NCBI GenBank assembly: GCA_963705555.1
Contig: CAVPJZ010000002.1
Coordinates: 762,292-826,291, forward strand
Reading direction: 5' to 3'
DNA from: an uncultured delta proteobacterium
GTDB taxonomy: Bacteria > Desulfobacterota > Syntrophia > Syntrophales > Smithellaceae
DNA: 64,000 bases
Positions 41,582 through 53,107 of the stretch are shown one piece after another. The translations under genes were made by a program, and so were the position numbers. Positions within the stretch are counted from its first letter, which is position 1, and each line of letters starts with the position of its first letter. The notes under the pieces were generated by a model. That model ran no database searches, had not been told where the DNA came from, and was given only the letters and a program-made list of their open reading frames with translations.

Positions 41582-42094
41582 CTAAAATCCCGCCATCATC
41601 AGGTTAAAGGCTTTTTCCGCCGTGTCATTGGAAAGTTTAATGAAAGCGTTTTTTCTGGTCATGGGAAGCAAATTAATATTGTCTTCCAGAGTGTAGTCAA
41701 CCGTGCCGGTTATACTTTTCGAACTCCAGATAGTTTTACCGCTTTCTTTTTCCAGAAACTTCAATTCTAAAGTAATTGTCGCCCGCTCTTCCGCGGCCAG
41801 AGTATTGGCGCGATAAGAAAGGGCGGCAGTATTGAGATTAAGTACAGTTCCCTTAATTATTGCGTCAGCCGATTCCGTGCTTTCCACAACTTTCAAACGG
41901 CTGAATTGAATAAACTGATTGATGAAGGCCGTCCGGACGTAATTTTCAATTTCAGCCTGTGCTGTTTTATTGCCGAAGGATTCGACATAAACTTTTTGGA
42001 TACGCTTGTCGATGTATTCGCCTTGCGGAGCGAAATAATAGCCGCAGTTGAACAAGGAAGAGATAAAAATACAAATTAATCCGATTTTAATCAC
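41582..42094 (-). CDS. lptE: LPS assembly lipoprotein LptE family (start uncertain)
   Basis: Lipobox-like LFNCGY, VYVESFGNKT, ADAIIKG; lies directly downstream of leuS. Confidence 0.75.
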   Translation of the reverse strand: MIKIGLICIFISSLFNCGYYFAPQGEYIDKRIQKVYVESFGNKTAQAEIENYVRTAFINQFIQFSRLKVVESTESADAIIKGTVLNLNTAALSYRANTLAAEERATITLELKFLEKESGKTIWSSKSITGTVDYTLEDNINLLPMTRKNAFIKLSNDTAEKAFNLMMAGF

Positions 42095-42182
42095 GGATAT
42101 GAACCCCAGGGCAAGCCCCATGCCCAAATTCCGCCCCAAGGGACGGGGTATTATACCCTCCGCTTTGCGGGATTGTTCGACT
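42095..42182. repeat. Dispersed repeat family B, copy 2
   Basis: Aligns with 1581-1642 and has an extra internal palindromic segment (GCAAGCCCC...GGGGTATT). Confidence 0.6.
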
Positions 42183-42269
42183 TACAAATTTCAATGCACT
42201 TCGTTTTTGAAATTTGAGTCTCACAATAAATAATCGCCGGTTTTGTTTTCTCATAAAGGACACCTCTTT

Positions 42270-44867
<2,598 letters not shown>

Positions 44868-44940
44868 ATTCTGCTCCGAGAGTGAATAATCGATGATTTG
44901 TCTAACATATCGGCATGAATGAGTGCAATGCCTTTATCTG

Positions 44941-45065
44941 ATACCAATTCTAAATCAAAGCGCTATTTTTGTTGGCGTCGTTGTCGGCTTCCTCAACGTA
45001 TGTATAATACGCCTCGTCGCCTCCGCCTAGCCGCCTCAATATCATCTTTGATTTAGAAATGGTAT
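44941..45065. mobile_element. MITE-like repeat family A, copy 2
   Basis: ATACCAATTCTAAATCAAAG...CTTTGATTTAGAAATGGTAT. Confidence 0.8.
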
Positions 45066-45165
45066 AAAAGACAATTTTTAAAATTGAAAATAGTTTCTTT
45101 GGAATGCTGAAAAAGTACGTGACCGCGGAAACGCCACTGGTGTAACGAAACCACGCATGCGGTTT

Positions 45166-45221
45166 AGCGAACGTATAAATCAGCCGGAGCGCAGCGATCG
45201 GCTGTATTGCTTTTGTTATGA
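45166..45221 (-). mobile_element. Integron attC site (distal cassette)
   Basis: Minus strand TCATAAC...CAGCCGATCGCTGCGCTCCGGCTG...GTTCGCT, 56 bp imperfect palindrome; the gene's stop codon lies in R''. Confidence 0.85.
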
Positions 45222-45734
45222 GCTTTTATATATAACGCTCTCCCAGTAATCAACTACTGCGTTCAAGATGGGCAATAACTCTGACTTGCTCCCATCTATT
45301 CGTGTGAAAGATATCTTTTCTTGTATGGTGGATTCTGGAGCAAACTCCGAAGAAATTAAATTTATTCCGACGTCGTCCTCATGAATTTCAATTGATTCAA
45401 TAACGGCTGGTGATGATACAGTATTATAGTTTATCTTTTTTGGGTTAGAGTCGGTATAAAGGTGCTTGTAAGTATTAGCAATGCTGCGTATATCGCGAAA
45501 CGCACCGTTAGTCTTCAGCGATAAATAATTTACATAATCAGCAATGTCATTAAACTTAGAAACTAGAGAAGGTTCATATAATTTGTTGTATGTTAAGTAG
45601 TGGTCAGCTAAATGGGATGCCGCGGCTGAAGCATTAAATGCACGCCTCAAGCAGCCAGGATTTTCGTGAAAATCGTCGCTATTTCCTAAGACAAATAATT
45701 CAAAATAATTAATCGGCGTCATGCCCATGTTCAT
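45216..45734 (-). CDS. Integron cassette protein, HEPN-like
   Basis: Single-ORF cassette; RDIRSIANTYKH resembles the HEPN R-x(4-6)-H / N..KH motif. Confidence 0.55.
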   Translation of the reverse strand: MNMGMTPINYFELFVLGNSDDFHENPGCLRRAFNASAAASHLADHYLTYNKLYEPSLVSKFNDIADYVNYLSLKTNGAFRDIRSIANTYKHLYTDSNPKKINYNTVSSPAVIESIEIHEDDVGINLISSEFAPESTIQEKISFTRIDGSKSELLPILNAVVDYWESVIYKSS

Positions 45735-45754
45735 TCACCTCTCTCCAAAATATT

Positions 45755-45819
45755 TCATAATGAAAAGCTAAGCCGGGGCAGCCCAGCGGGCTGCGATCGG
45801 CTTTAGCGACGGGTTAGCG
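45755..45819 (-). mobile_element. Integron attC site (middle cassette), R' reads ATT
   Basis: Minus strand CGCTAAC...AAGCCGATCGCAGCCC..GGGCTGCCCCGGCTT...ATTATGA. Confidence 0.8.
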
Positions 45820-46509
45820 TTTTTTTAATGCATTTTGATTGATTAAACAATATTCTTGGTCAAGCCAATAGTAAAGCGCGTCTTGTAAATATTTATATTG
45901 TTTTGGCGTTTGTTCTTCCTCAATCTGTATAGAAATAGTAAAAGGCTCTTCCACCGTTCTACTCTCTGTTTTATCTGGTGCTGATTTGCCAAAGTGGTAC
46001 GAGCGGGCGCGTTGCCCATTGATACTATAAAGACCTATACCCTCCTGCTCGGGGATAATTGCTTCAATTGATAGGTCTTGCACTTTGCCCTTGATATGAT
46101 GATATGTGCCTGGTTCACACCAAAGATAGAATGGGGTAGAACCAATGTCAGGTTCATCCGTGATTTCACGTGATGTGGTTTGTATAGAACCCAATGGAAT
46201 TTTTTCTTTTGGTGGCTTCTTTGGAGGTGATACTTTTTTGTTCAGTGCTTTTTCTTTACTACTGTATGAGGACTTCTGTTTAGCAAACCACCGTATTTCA
46301 TCTTTAAATTGCTCGAATCCATCGAATGTATTGTATGTAGCCATAGCCGCGACGAGGTGCTTACATAGGCGATGAGGATTGCTCGACTCTAGCGTATGTA
46401 ATTTTTTTAGGTAGTGAAGACACGTGCATGTATGGTTTAGTAAATTTACCGCGTACGTTTTACTAGGCTCAGTCTCGCTTTCAATTATGATATTATTTTC
46501 TTTAGGCAC
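45814..46509 (-). CDS. Integron cassette protein with SWIM-type zinc finger
   Basis: CTC-x(n)-CKH pattern (HTCTCLH...RLCKHL); GTG start. Confidence 0.6.
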   Translation of the reverse strand: MPKENNIIIESETEPSKTYAVNLLNHTCTCLHYLKKLHTLESSNPHRLCKHLVAAMATYNTFDGFEQFKDEIRWFAKQKSSYSSKEKALNKKVSPPKKPPKEKIPLGSIQTTSREITDEPDIGSTPFYLWCEPGTYHHIKGKVQDLSIEAIIPEQEGIGLYSINGQRARSYHFGKSAPDKTESRTVEEPFTISIQIEEEQTPKQYKYLQDALYYWLDQEYCLINQNALKKR

Positions 46510-46546
46510 AACTATAATCCTTTTAAGCTGCGTTATATTTTACTGC

Positions 46547-46602
46547 CGCTAACATGCAGTTCACCGGGAGCGTAAGCGATCCGGTGGAACGACTCGTTGG
46601 GC
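46547..46602 (-). mobile_element. Integron attC site (proximal cassette)
   Basis: Minus strand GCCCAAC...TTCCACCGGATCGCTTACGCTCCCGGTGAA...GTTAGCG. Confidence 0.88.
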
Positions 46603-46604
46603 AT

Positions 46605-47360
46605 TTAAAGTCCATTAATCGAATAAAGTTCCTCAATAACCTGCAAAGTGTTCTCAAATGCTCGACGGGCCTCGTCTTTAGAAACGATCTTCCGACCGTG
46701 TAATACCGTTGAAAGCTCAGAATAAATAAGCTTCAGTTGCTCTTCAAGTGAGCCAGAAGACACCTTTTCTCTCAGTTGTTTCCAGTTAAACTTCTCAAAA
46801 AGTATCACATTTTCGCCCAGATCAGGAAACAGCTGACACCGAACACAAATATCACGGATGCTGGCTTCTATCACGGTACGACACAAGCTATATGCCGCCT
46901 CGTATTGTTGGAAGGCATAGCAGTCCTTAATCTGTCGAACTATTCGAGACACATTTTCTCCTACTGATGCGCGGACACTGAGAGGTCGGAGCTCAGAAAG
47001 ACCGGTGACATACTCGATGTGGCTGAACCATGAGTAGAAGAGGTCAGATCCGAGAGAATCCAGCTCTTCTTCGCTAAATTCTACTGGCAATTGCTCCGAA
47101 CCTGTAATCGAGACTATATGTTCTAGTATTTTATCAGTTGGTAAACCCTTACCAGTGGTGATTTTTCTGAGATTGTCAATGGCTTGGGTATCGTCTATTG
47201 AGGTCACTGGTCGGTCCAATAGAAGACTTCGTATGCTTTTCCGCAATGACCTGTACTCACTAAGGGCAGATCTTAGATTTTCCCAATCTCGTTGCACAAT
47301 AGCTTTTACGACACGCCTATCTATAAAACCCAAAGCGAGAAGATCATCTTGAAGGGACAT
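46605..47360 (-). CDS. Integron cassette protein with C-terminal DUF4145/HEPN-like domain
   Basis: YEAAYSLCRTVIE and LSTVLHG...EA...F helical pattern; ATG 47360 lies inside the cassette boundary. Confidence 0.55.
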   Translation of the reverse strand: MSLQDDLLALGFIDRRVVKAIVQRDWENLRSALSEYRSLRKSIRSLLLDRPVTSIDDTQAIDNLRKITTGKGLPTDKILEHIVSITGSEQLPVEFSEEELDSLGSDLFYSWFSHIEYVTGLSELRPLSVRASVGENVSRIVRQIKDCYAFQQYEAAYSLCRTVIEASIRDICVRCQLFPDLGENVILFEKFNWKQLREKVSSGSLEEQLKLIYSELSTVLHGRKIVSKDEARRAFENTLQVIEELYSINGL

Positions 47361-47380
47361 CTTCAATCCCTCATATTCAT

Positions 47381-47400
47381 GCCCAACAATGTTTATATGG
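47381..47400 (-). mobile_element. Candidate integron attI site
   Basis: Minus strand CCATATAAACATTG|TTGGGC; TTGGGC complements the R'' (GCCCAAC) of the first cassette, and no attC hairpin precedes it. Confidence 0.6.
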
Positions 47401-47452
47401 ATCGGTGTTAACATTACAAACGCCGTGTAACATGCCGCGCGTTTTGCTAGAT

Positions 47453-47481
47453 ATTATAAGCTGGTCTTATTACTGCCGCAA
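47453..47481 (-). promoter_or_regulatory. Pc-like cassette promoter
   Basis: Minus strand TTGCGG-N17-TATAAT, about 65 bp upstream of the attI-like crossover. Confidence 0.6.
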
Positions 47482-47577
47482 ATCCTTTGTTTGAAAAATG
47501 AATATAGAGCATCGTATTTTTGAAATTTCACACTATTGATCGCCGTATGTCAAGATTCAATTCTTCAAAAAAGGAAT

Positions 47578-48579
47578 TTATGTTTGCCGCTCAGCCAGAA
47601 TGGTCTCGCATCGGTGCGATAGTCCGTGCAGAACAGGCAAGTTTCCGGTGTTGGACGTGGAGAGAATTAGATTTCTTATGCCGTTGTAAACATGCTTCAG
47701 AAAATCCGGCTTATTCTTTTTTAACCCTAAAAAGCCATAAGCTCCCAGAGCTTGCATGAGCCGCTGCGCAGAAGCTTCCCAAAAATAAATGGCGAATTCT
47801 TGTTCAGTAAAAGATGGTTTTGCTAATTGATAATGGAAAAAAATTAATTCGTTTCTTTCTTCAGTAGTAAAGGTAACATACGGATCGCAGATAAGCGAAC
47901 CCAAATCATAGAAGAAATTTCCTAAACGCATTCCCTGAAAATCGATCAGCACCGGCTGATCATTTTTGATCATGATATTTTGCGATTGTAAATCACGATG
48001 GATAAGGCAGGGCTCTATATTCTGTAAGCGGATAATGAGCCCATCTAAATCCTTATGCAAATCTTTCAGGAAAGACGGTGAAAGTTTTAGCTGACATACT
48101 GCGGAAACGAGATTTTCCAGAAAATAATCATGCTCCCAGCGGTAAAGTTTGGGCTGATACCCTTCGGACAATTTTAAATTCGCAGGGATTGCTGCTAACG
48201 GATAGACATGCAGCCGCCGGATTTGTGTCAGCGCCTGATAATAGTAAGTGCGTCGTTTATCCCACGAAAGAACCGATTGCGACCATAAATCAATATCACC
48301 TAAATCTTCCATCAGGATGAAATGTCGTTTTATGTCTTGGGCAAGTATCTTCGGCACAGAAATTTCAAGACCTGCCAGAAACTCGTTGATACCCGCCCAA
48401 TAAAAGTTTTCTTCCACTTCAGTGCCATAGCGCATAAAAATGAAACTGGTTTTATCCGGCAGGTAAACCCGAAAAAAACTGCGGTCGGAACCGCCTTTTT
48501 TAATGGGGATCATCTCCCAGGAGGTTGTTTTCAGGTTAGCTTCTAAAAATTTCTTTACTGCATCTGTTACAGATTTCAT
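47578..48579 (-). CDS. amgK: AmgK-like sugar/aminoglycoside phosphotransferase (MurNAc/GlcNAc kinase)
   Basis: GSDRSFFR, EDLGD, LIHRDLQSQN, IDFQG, YDLGSL, QRLMQALGAYG; follows murU. Confidence 0.75.
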   Translation of the reverse strand: MKSVTDAVKKFLEANLKTTSWEMIPIKKGGSDRSFFRVYLPDKTSFIFMRYGTEVEENFYWAGINEFLAGLEISVPKILAQDIKRHFILMEDLGDIDLWSQSVLSWDKRRTYYYQALTQIRRLHVYPLAAIPANLKLSEGYQPKLYRWEHDYFLENLVSAVCQLKLSPSFLKDLHKDLDGLIIRLQNIEPCLIHRDLQSQNIMIKNDQPVLIDFQGMRLGNFFYDLGSLICDPYVTFTTEERNELIFFHYQLAKPSFTEQEFAIYFWEASAQRLMQALGAYGFLGLKKNKPDFLKHVYNGIRNLILSTSNTGNLPVLHGLSHRCETILAERQT

Positions 48580-49305
48580 AATTGAGGACTATCCTGAAAT
48601 AGTTTGTTTATTTTTTCATATTCTTCGAGAGTACCTACATCATACCAATAGCCATCGTCAATCACGACGCCGCCGACAGAACGGGGATTATTTTTAATCA
48701 TTTTAACCAGCGGTAGCACAATCGATTCTGCCTTGCCAGCTTTTAATCGCCTGCAAGAATTTTTTTTCGATAATATAAATTCCGGCAAAAAGACAATTCT
48801 TAATTCCGGGATTTTGCAAAGTATGCCGCATATCGCAGATGAAGCCATTCTGATCAATGTTGACATTGAGCAGTGGTCCGTTGCTGCGCAGCGCCAGCGT
48901 AACTTCCACTTGCAGGGCAAAGTGTCGGTCAATAAGCGGCGCGATAGGCATATTGGTGATAACGTCGCCATTATAAACGATGATGCGGTCTTCATTGACA
49001 ATCAGGTCTTCGATATTTTTAATGCCGCCGGCAGTATCGAGAAGTATCGGTTCATGGCGGAATGTAATCGGGATGTCCTGCCAGCTTCCTTCCGGGAATA
49101 CCTCTTAATATTTATCGGCGCAGTGATGAGTATTGACAATAAAGCATTTCACCCCAATTGAACGCAGATGCTCCATTGCGTATGTAATGATCGGCTTGCC
49201 GCCGATTGGCAATAGCGGTTTAGGTATGCTTTCGGTAAGCGGTCTCAGCCTCGTGCCCAAACCGGCACCTAAAATAAATGCTGTTCTTATTTCTTTAGCT
49301 GACAT
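48576..49305 (-). CDS. murU: MurU-like nucleotidyltransferase (frameshifted)
   Basis: AFILGAGLGTRLRPLT..PKPL, VNTHH, W.DVGT. Confidence 0.75.
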
Positions 49306-49311
49306 ATTTAT

Positions 49312-50604
49312 TTACTTCTTTCCATACTCCGGATCAATCTTCACCAGCGCCGCGACAATAAAACCCGGAATAGTCGTTATCGTAATCCAGATAAAGAAAT
49401 TTTTATAACCGAGCATCTCCTGAATCCAGCCGCTGGCCATTGCCGGCAGCATCATGCCCAGTGCCATAATCCCCGTGCCGATTGCATAAAAAACGGTTTT
49501 GTATTCTCCTTGAGAAACCATGATCATATACATGGTGTAAGCCGTAAAACCAAAACCATAACCGAACTGTTCCACAGCTACTGCCGAGCTGACCAATAAC
49601 AAGCTTTCCGGCAGGGCGTGTGAAAGATAAATAAAAATTACATCCGGCAGGTGCATGGTAAATACCATAATCCACAGCCAAAATTTAAGGCCTTTTCTAT
49701 ACACAACATATCCGCCCAAAAGCCCCCCCAGCATGAGAGCCACCACACCAACCGTGCCATAAATCAAGCCGACTTCGGTAGTGGAAAGCCCCAATCCGCC
49801 TTTTACATGAGCATCAAGTAAAAAAGGTGCAACCATTTTTACTAATTGTGCCTCGGCAAAGCGATAAAACAAAAAGAAACTGATAATAACGAGAATATCT
49901 TTTTGACGAAAAAATAAAACCAACACGCGAAAATATTCTGCTAAAAAGTTTTTGGTTTTATCGCGCGGCGCTTTTAAATCGGCGGTAGGATAAGGCAGGA
50001 CAAAAAAATGATAAATAAACAGAGCCAAAAAAAATGCCGCCGCAGCAATAAAGGTAATCGACCATGCCTTTGTTACCGGATAGCCGTAATTTTCCATCAT
50101 ACCGGCCATAATGACGAGGCCGCCTTTGGCGGCAATTGTGGCGACTCGATAAAAAACGGTGCGCACACCAATGAAGGCAGCCTGCTGCGGCGTATCGAGC
50201 CCCAGCATATAAAAACCATCCGCAGCAATATCATGAGTGGCGGAACTAAACGCCATAATCCAGAACATGGCTAAAGTGTAGCGGATGAAGTTATCGGCGG
50301 GAATAGTCAGGGCAACGCAAGCCAGCGAGCCGCCGATAGCCAGTTGCATAACCAAAATCCAGAAGCGCTTAGTGCGGAAAAAATCAACGAAAGGGCTCCA
50401 AAAAGGCTTAATCACCCAGGGAAGATAAAACCAGCTTGTATAAAGAGCAATATCGGTGTTGGAAAGCCCCAGTCTTTTGTATAAAATAACGCTGACGGTC
50501 ATTGCAATGATATAGGGGATTCCCTCCGCCAGATAAAGTGAAGGAACCCAAAACCAAGGATATCCTTTTTTTAAAGCTAATTGTTGGGTACCGAAAAGTC
50601 GCAT
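49312..50604 (-). CDS. ampG: AmpG-like MFS muropeptide permease
   Basis: LYLAEGIPY, LPWVIKPFWSP, SATHDIAADG. Confidence 0.8.
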   Translation of the reverse strand: MRLFGTQQLALKKGYPWFWVPSLYLAEGIPYIIAMTVSVILYKRLGLSNTDIALYTSWFYLPWVIKPFWSPFVDFFRTKRFWILVMQLAIGGSLACVALTIPADNFIRYTLAMFWIMAFSSATHDIAADGFYMLGLDTPQQAAFIGVRTVFYRVATIAAKGGLVIMAGMMENYGYPVTKAWSITFIAAAAFFLALFIYHFFVLPYPTADLKAPRDKTKNFLAEYFRVLVLFFRQKDILVIISFFLFYRFAEAQLVKMVAPFLLDAHVKGGLGLSTTEVGLIYGTVGVVALMLGGLLGGYVVYRKGLKFWLWIMVFTMHLPDVIFIYLSHALPESLLLVSSAVAVEQFGYGFGFTAYTMYMIMVSQGEYKTVFYAIGTGIMALGMMLPAMASGWIQEMLGYKNFFIWITITTIPGFIVAALVKIDPEYGKK

Positions 50605-50632
50605 TCAATTCCGATCAATTTGCTATAAAATT

Positions 50633-51958
50633 TTAATAAAGTTTCTGGAGGCTTGCGCCGGTAAAGTAATGAGCTAAAATTTCCGATGCCTTAAATCCCT
50701 TATCTGCCATGACTGCCGCGCCAATTTGACATAGGCCGACGCCGTGTCCCCAGCCTCCACCGGATAAAATAAATCGGTCAACTTTTCCGCTGGCCGCGCT
50801 TTGTGCAGAAACAATAAAGGCACTGCTTAAAAGATGACTCGGGGAAAGCCAGCGGCGAATTTCCAGTTCTTTTCCGACCAATATAGCCCGCTTGGAGCCT
50901 TCGATTTTCAGTTTACTAATTCTGCCGGAAGGTCCGCGCTCTATCGCGATTAGTTTTTTCAGTTCGCCTATGTCAATACCCGATTTTCTATGGATAATTT
51001 CTTCCAAATCCTGCCTCGTATATACGACCTGCCATCGGTAAAAATCAAGAGTTTCCTGATCAAACGAAGGTAGTATTTGGCTCAATATCTCTTTATCCGT
51101 GGTATAGCAGTAAGCGGGTGGTCTCCCGCTAAACCAATTTTCAGCATCTTTTTCCGATACAATTGGTGCGTGAGTATCTACATAGTCGGTTACGCTTTGC
51201 AGGTAAGGAAGGGATTTATCCTCCCACGCAGTGGAAAATATTTCCGTTTGGCCGCCACAGGCTTTGTGGTAGCGGGCATCGCAGATTTTATTTTTGTAAG
51301 CCAGGAACAATCCTCGCGTTGCCCGGATTGCCTCACCAACATTTGCGGAGGTTATTTTAGTTATGCCCTGATAACGCTGACAATGGTCATCGGCACAGAC
51401 GTCAAAATATTGATGATCGTTAATGTCATGCCAGCTGATTATTTCAGCAGCGCTTGTTTTTTTGAAGTTCGAATTACTGCCGTGTTTTTGTTTTCTTTCC
51501 AGCATGGCAATAAGCCAGCTGCGGGCGACAGTTGCCTGCGCCTTTAAAAATTCCAATGGAGCCTGAGCGGACATTTCCGAAGAAATTACACTTTCTATAT
51601 AGTCTTCCAAGGGAATTTCATTAATGAGATCAAATGAAGAAGCCGAATTGACAGATAAAAAAAGATCGCCACGAAACGATTGCTCCTGGCTCCGTTGCCA
51701 GTGAAAGTCAATGCCGACTTGTACGTCAAATACGGTAAATGTTGCTCCATCGTGAGCTGAAAGCAAGATTTCTTTTTGCCCGGCGATTTGCACGCCCGGG
51801 GATTGATTAAGAACAATTTGCTCTTTTTCAGCCTGGATTCTTAAATGGCCAGTAATTTTACGACCATCGGGCAGGTGAAAGCGGCCATTTAAATTTATTT
51901 GGGCTTCTTTATAACTTTGCAGTAAGGCAACTTTTATTTTTGGTTCGCTATTGATCAT
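50633..51958 (-). CDS. SpoIID/LytB domain protein (lytic transglycosylase-like)
   Basis: LEDYIESVISSEM, KAQA..ARS, CADDHCQRYQG, GWGHGVGLCQ.GA. Confidence 0.9.
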   Translation of the reverse strand: MINSEPKIKVALLQSYKEAQINLNGRFHLPDGRKITGHLRIQAEKEQIVLNQSPGVQIAGQKEILLSAHDGATFTVFDVQVGIDFHWQRSQEQSFRGDLFLSVNSASSFDLINEIPLEDYIESVISSEMSAQAPLEFLKAQATVARSWLIAMLERKQKHGSNSNFKKTSAAEIISWHDINDHQYFDVCADDHCQRYQGITKITSANVGEAIRATRGLFLAYKNKICDARYHKACGGQTEIFSTAWEDKSLPYLQSVTDYVDTHAPIVSEKDAENWFSGRPPAYCYTTDKEILSQILPSFDQETLDFYRWQVVYTRQDLEEIIHRKSGIDIGELKKLIAIERGPSGRISKLKIEGSKRAILVGKELEIRRWLSPSHLLSSAFIVSAQSAASGKVDRFILSGGGWGHGVGLCQIGAAVMADKGFKASEILAHYFTGASLQKLY

Positions 51959-52128
51959 AGATATTTAAGGCCGTTCTTAAAGAAATGGCATCAATTTTTA
52001 TGAGTAAATGTCGGAGAAGTCAAGAAAGTTATCAGCCGGGAAAAAATTCTGTAAAAAATCAACTTAATGCTTGAATATTGCTAATTTATCATATATATTT
52101 TAAAAATTAATAAAAAATTAAACGGCGG

Positions 52129-53055
52129 ATGCTTATGGTGCATATCTGGCCAATTGGAGGGGGTAAAGGCGGATCGGGAAAGAGTTTCCTGACCAGTTCC
52201 TTAGGCCGCGTTTTAGCGGGATTGGGGAAAAAAACTCTCCTGATTGACCTGGACTTGGGCGCGGCCAATCTGCACACCCTGGTGGATGTGCCTTATCCGG
52301 TAAAGTGCCTGTCCGATTTCATCCACAAGAAAATCCCCCTTCTAGAAAATACCATTTTGGAAACCCCGGTACCTAATCTTTATTTAATCAGCGGTGCTCA
52401 CGATAGTCTGGATATTGCTAATCTCCTGTACGAACAAAAAGTGAAAACCATCAAAGCCATATCCAAATTGAATTACGAGTGGATTTTGCTGGATCTGGGT
52501 GCCGGCACTTCTTTTAATATTCTTGATTTTTTTCTGATTTCACAAAACAGTATATTCATTACAACGCCGGAACCTACTTCTATTGAAAACGTTTACCGGC
52601 TGGTTCGTTCCATTTATTTCCGGCGGATTCGCCATTATTTTAATGCGGCTGATTTTAAAGCTCTGGAAGAAGAAGTTATACAGCAATTTGGTGAAGGATC
52701 ATTTAATAAACCGGATTGCATTATGCAGGCGGTTAAAAGAGTGCACCCGGAAAAGAGTTTGCAGCTGGAAAATGATTTCAGCTCTTTTAGATTCAAGCTT
52801 GTTCTCAACCAGTTGCGTAATAAGGATAATATCGCGCTAGGCGGGCAAATTTGCAAAATTATTGAAAAACATCTTGGGTTCCAGGTTGATTTTGCCGGTA
52901 ACATTGCTTTCGATGACCGCGTTCACGATGCTATTTGCCAGCGGGTATCGTTTTTGGATCGATATCCTTACACTCGTACGGCTTATGACCTGCGAGAGTT
53001 AAGCAAACGAATTGTTAATTCTACAAGCGAACAATTGTTGATGCGTTATTCTTAA
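52129..53055 (+). CDS. MinD/FlhG-like P-loop ATPase
   Basis: Deviant Walker A GGKGGSGKS, DLDLGAANLH, LDLGAG, TPEPTSIEN. Confidence 0.88.
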   Translation: MLMVHIWPIGGGKGGSGKSFLTSSLGRVLAGLGKKTLLIDLDLGAANLHTLVDVPYPVKCLSDFIHKKIPLLENTILETPVPNLYLISGAHDSLDIANLLYEQKVKTIKAISKLNYEWILLDLGAGTSFNILDFFLISQNSIFITTPEPTSIENVYRLVRSIYFRRIRHYFNAADFKALEEEVIQQFGEGSFNKPDCIMQAVKRVHPEKSLQLENDFSSFRFKLVLNQLRNKDNIALGGQICKIIEKHLGFQVDFAGNIAFDDRVHDAICQRVSFLDRYPYTRTAYDLRELSKRIVNSTSEQLLMRYS

Positions 53056-53107
53056 AGGCATCAATTTTATAATGTATTTATAATAATATTACATTTGAGG
53101 TCTTTTT

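Noticed and set aside
45166..46602. Spaced palindromes as a CRISPR array or simple terminators
   Set aside because: They are separated by whole genes, differ in sequence and carry R''/R' boxes, which fits attC sites; no cas genes.
47361..47414. Longer N-terminus for the proximal cassette gene as given in the ORF track
   Set aside because: It crosses the cassette boundary at 47387; ATG 47360 has a GAGG-type ribosome-binding site inside the cassette.
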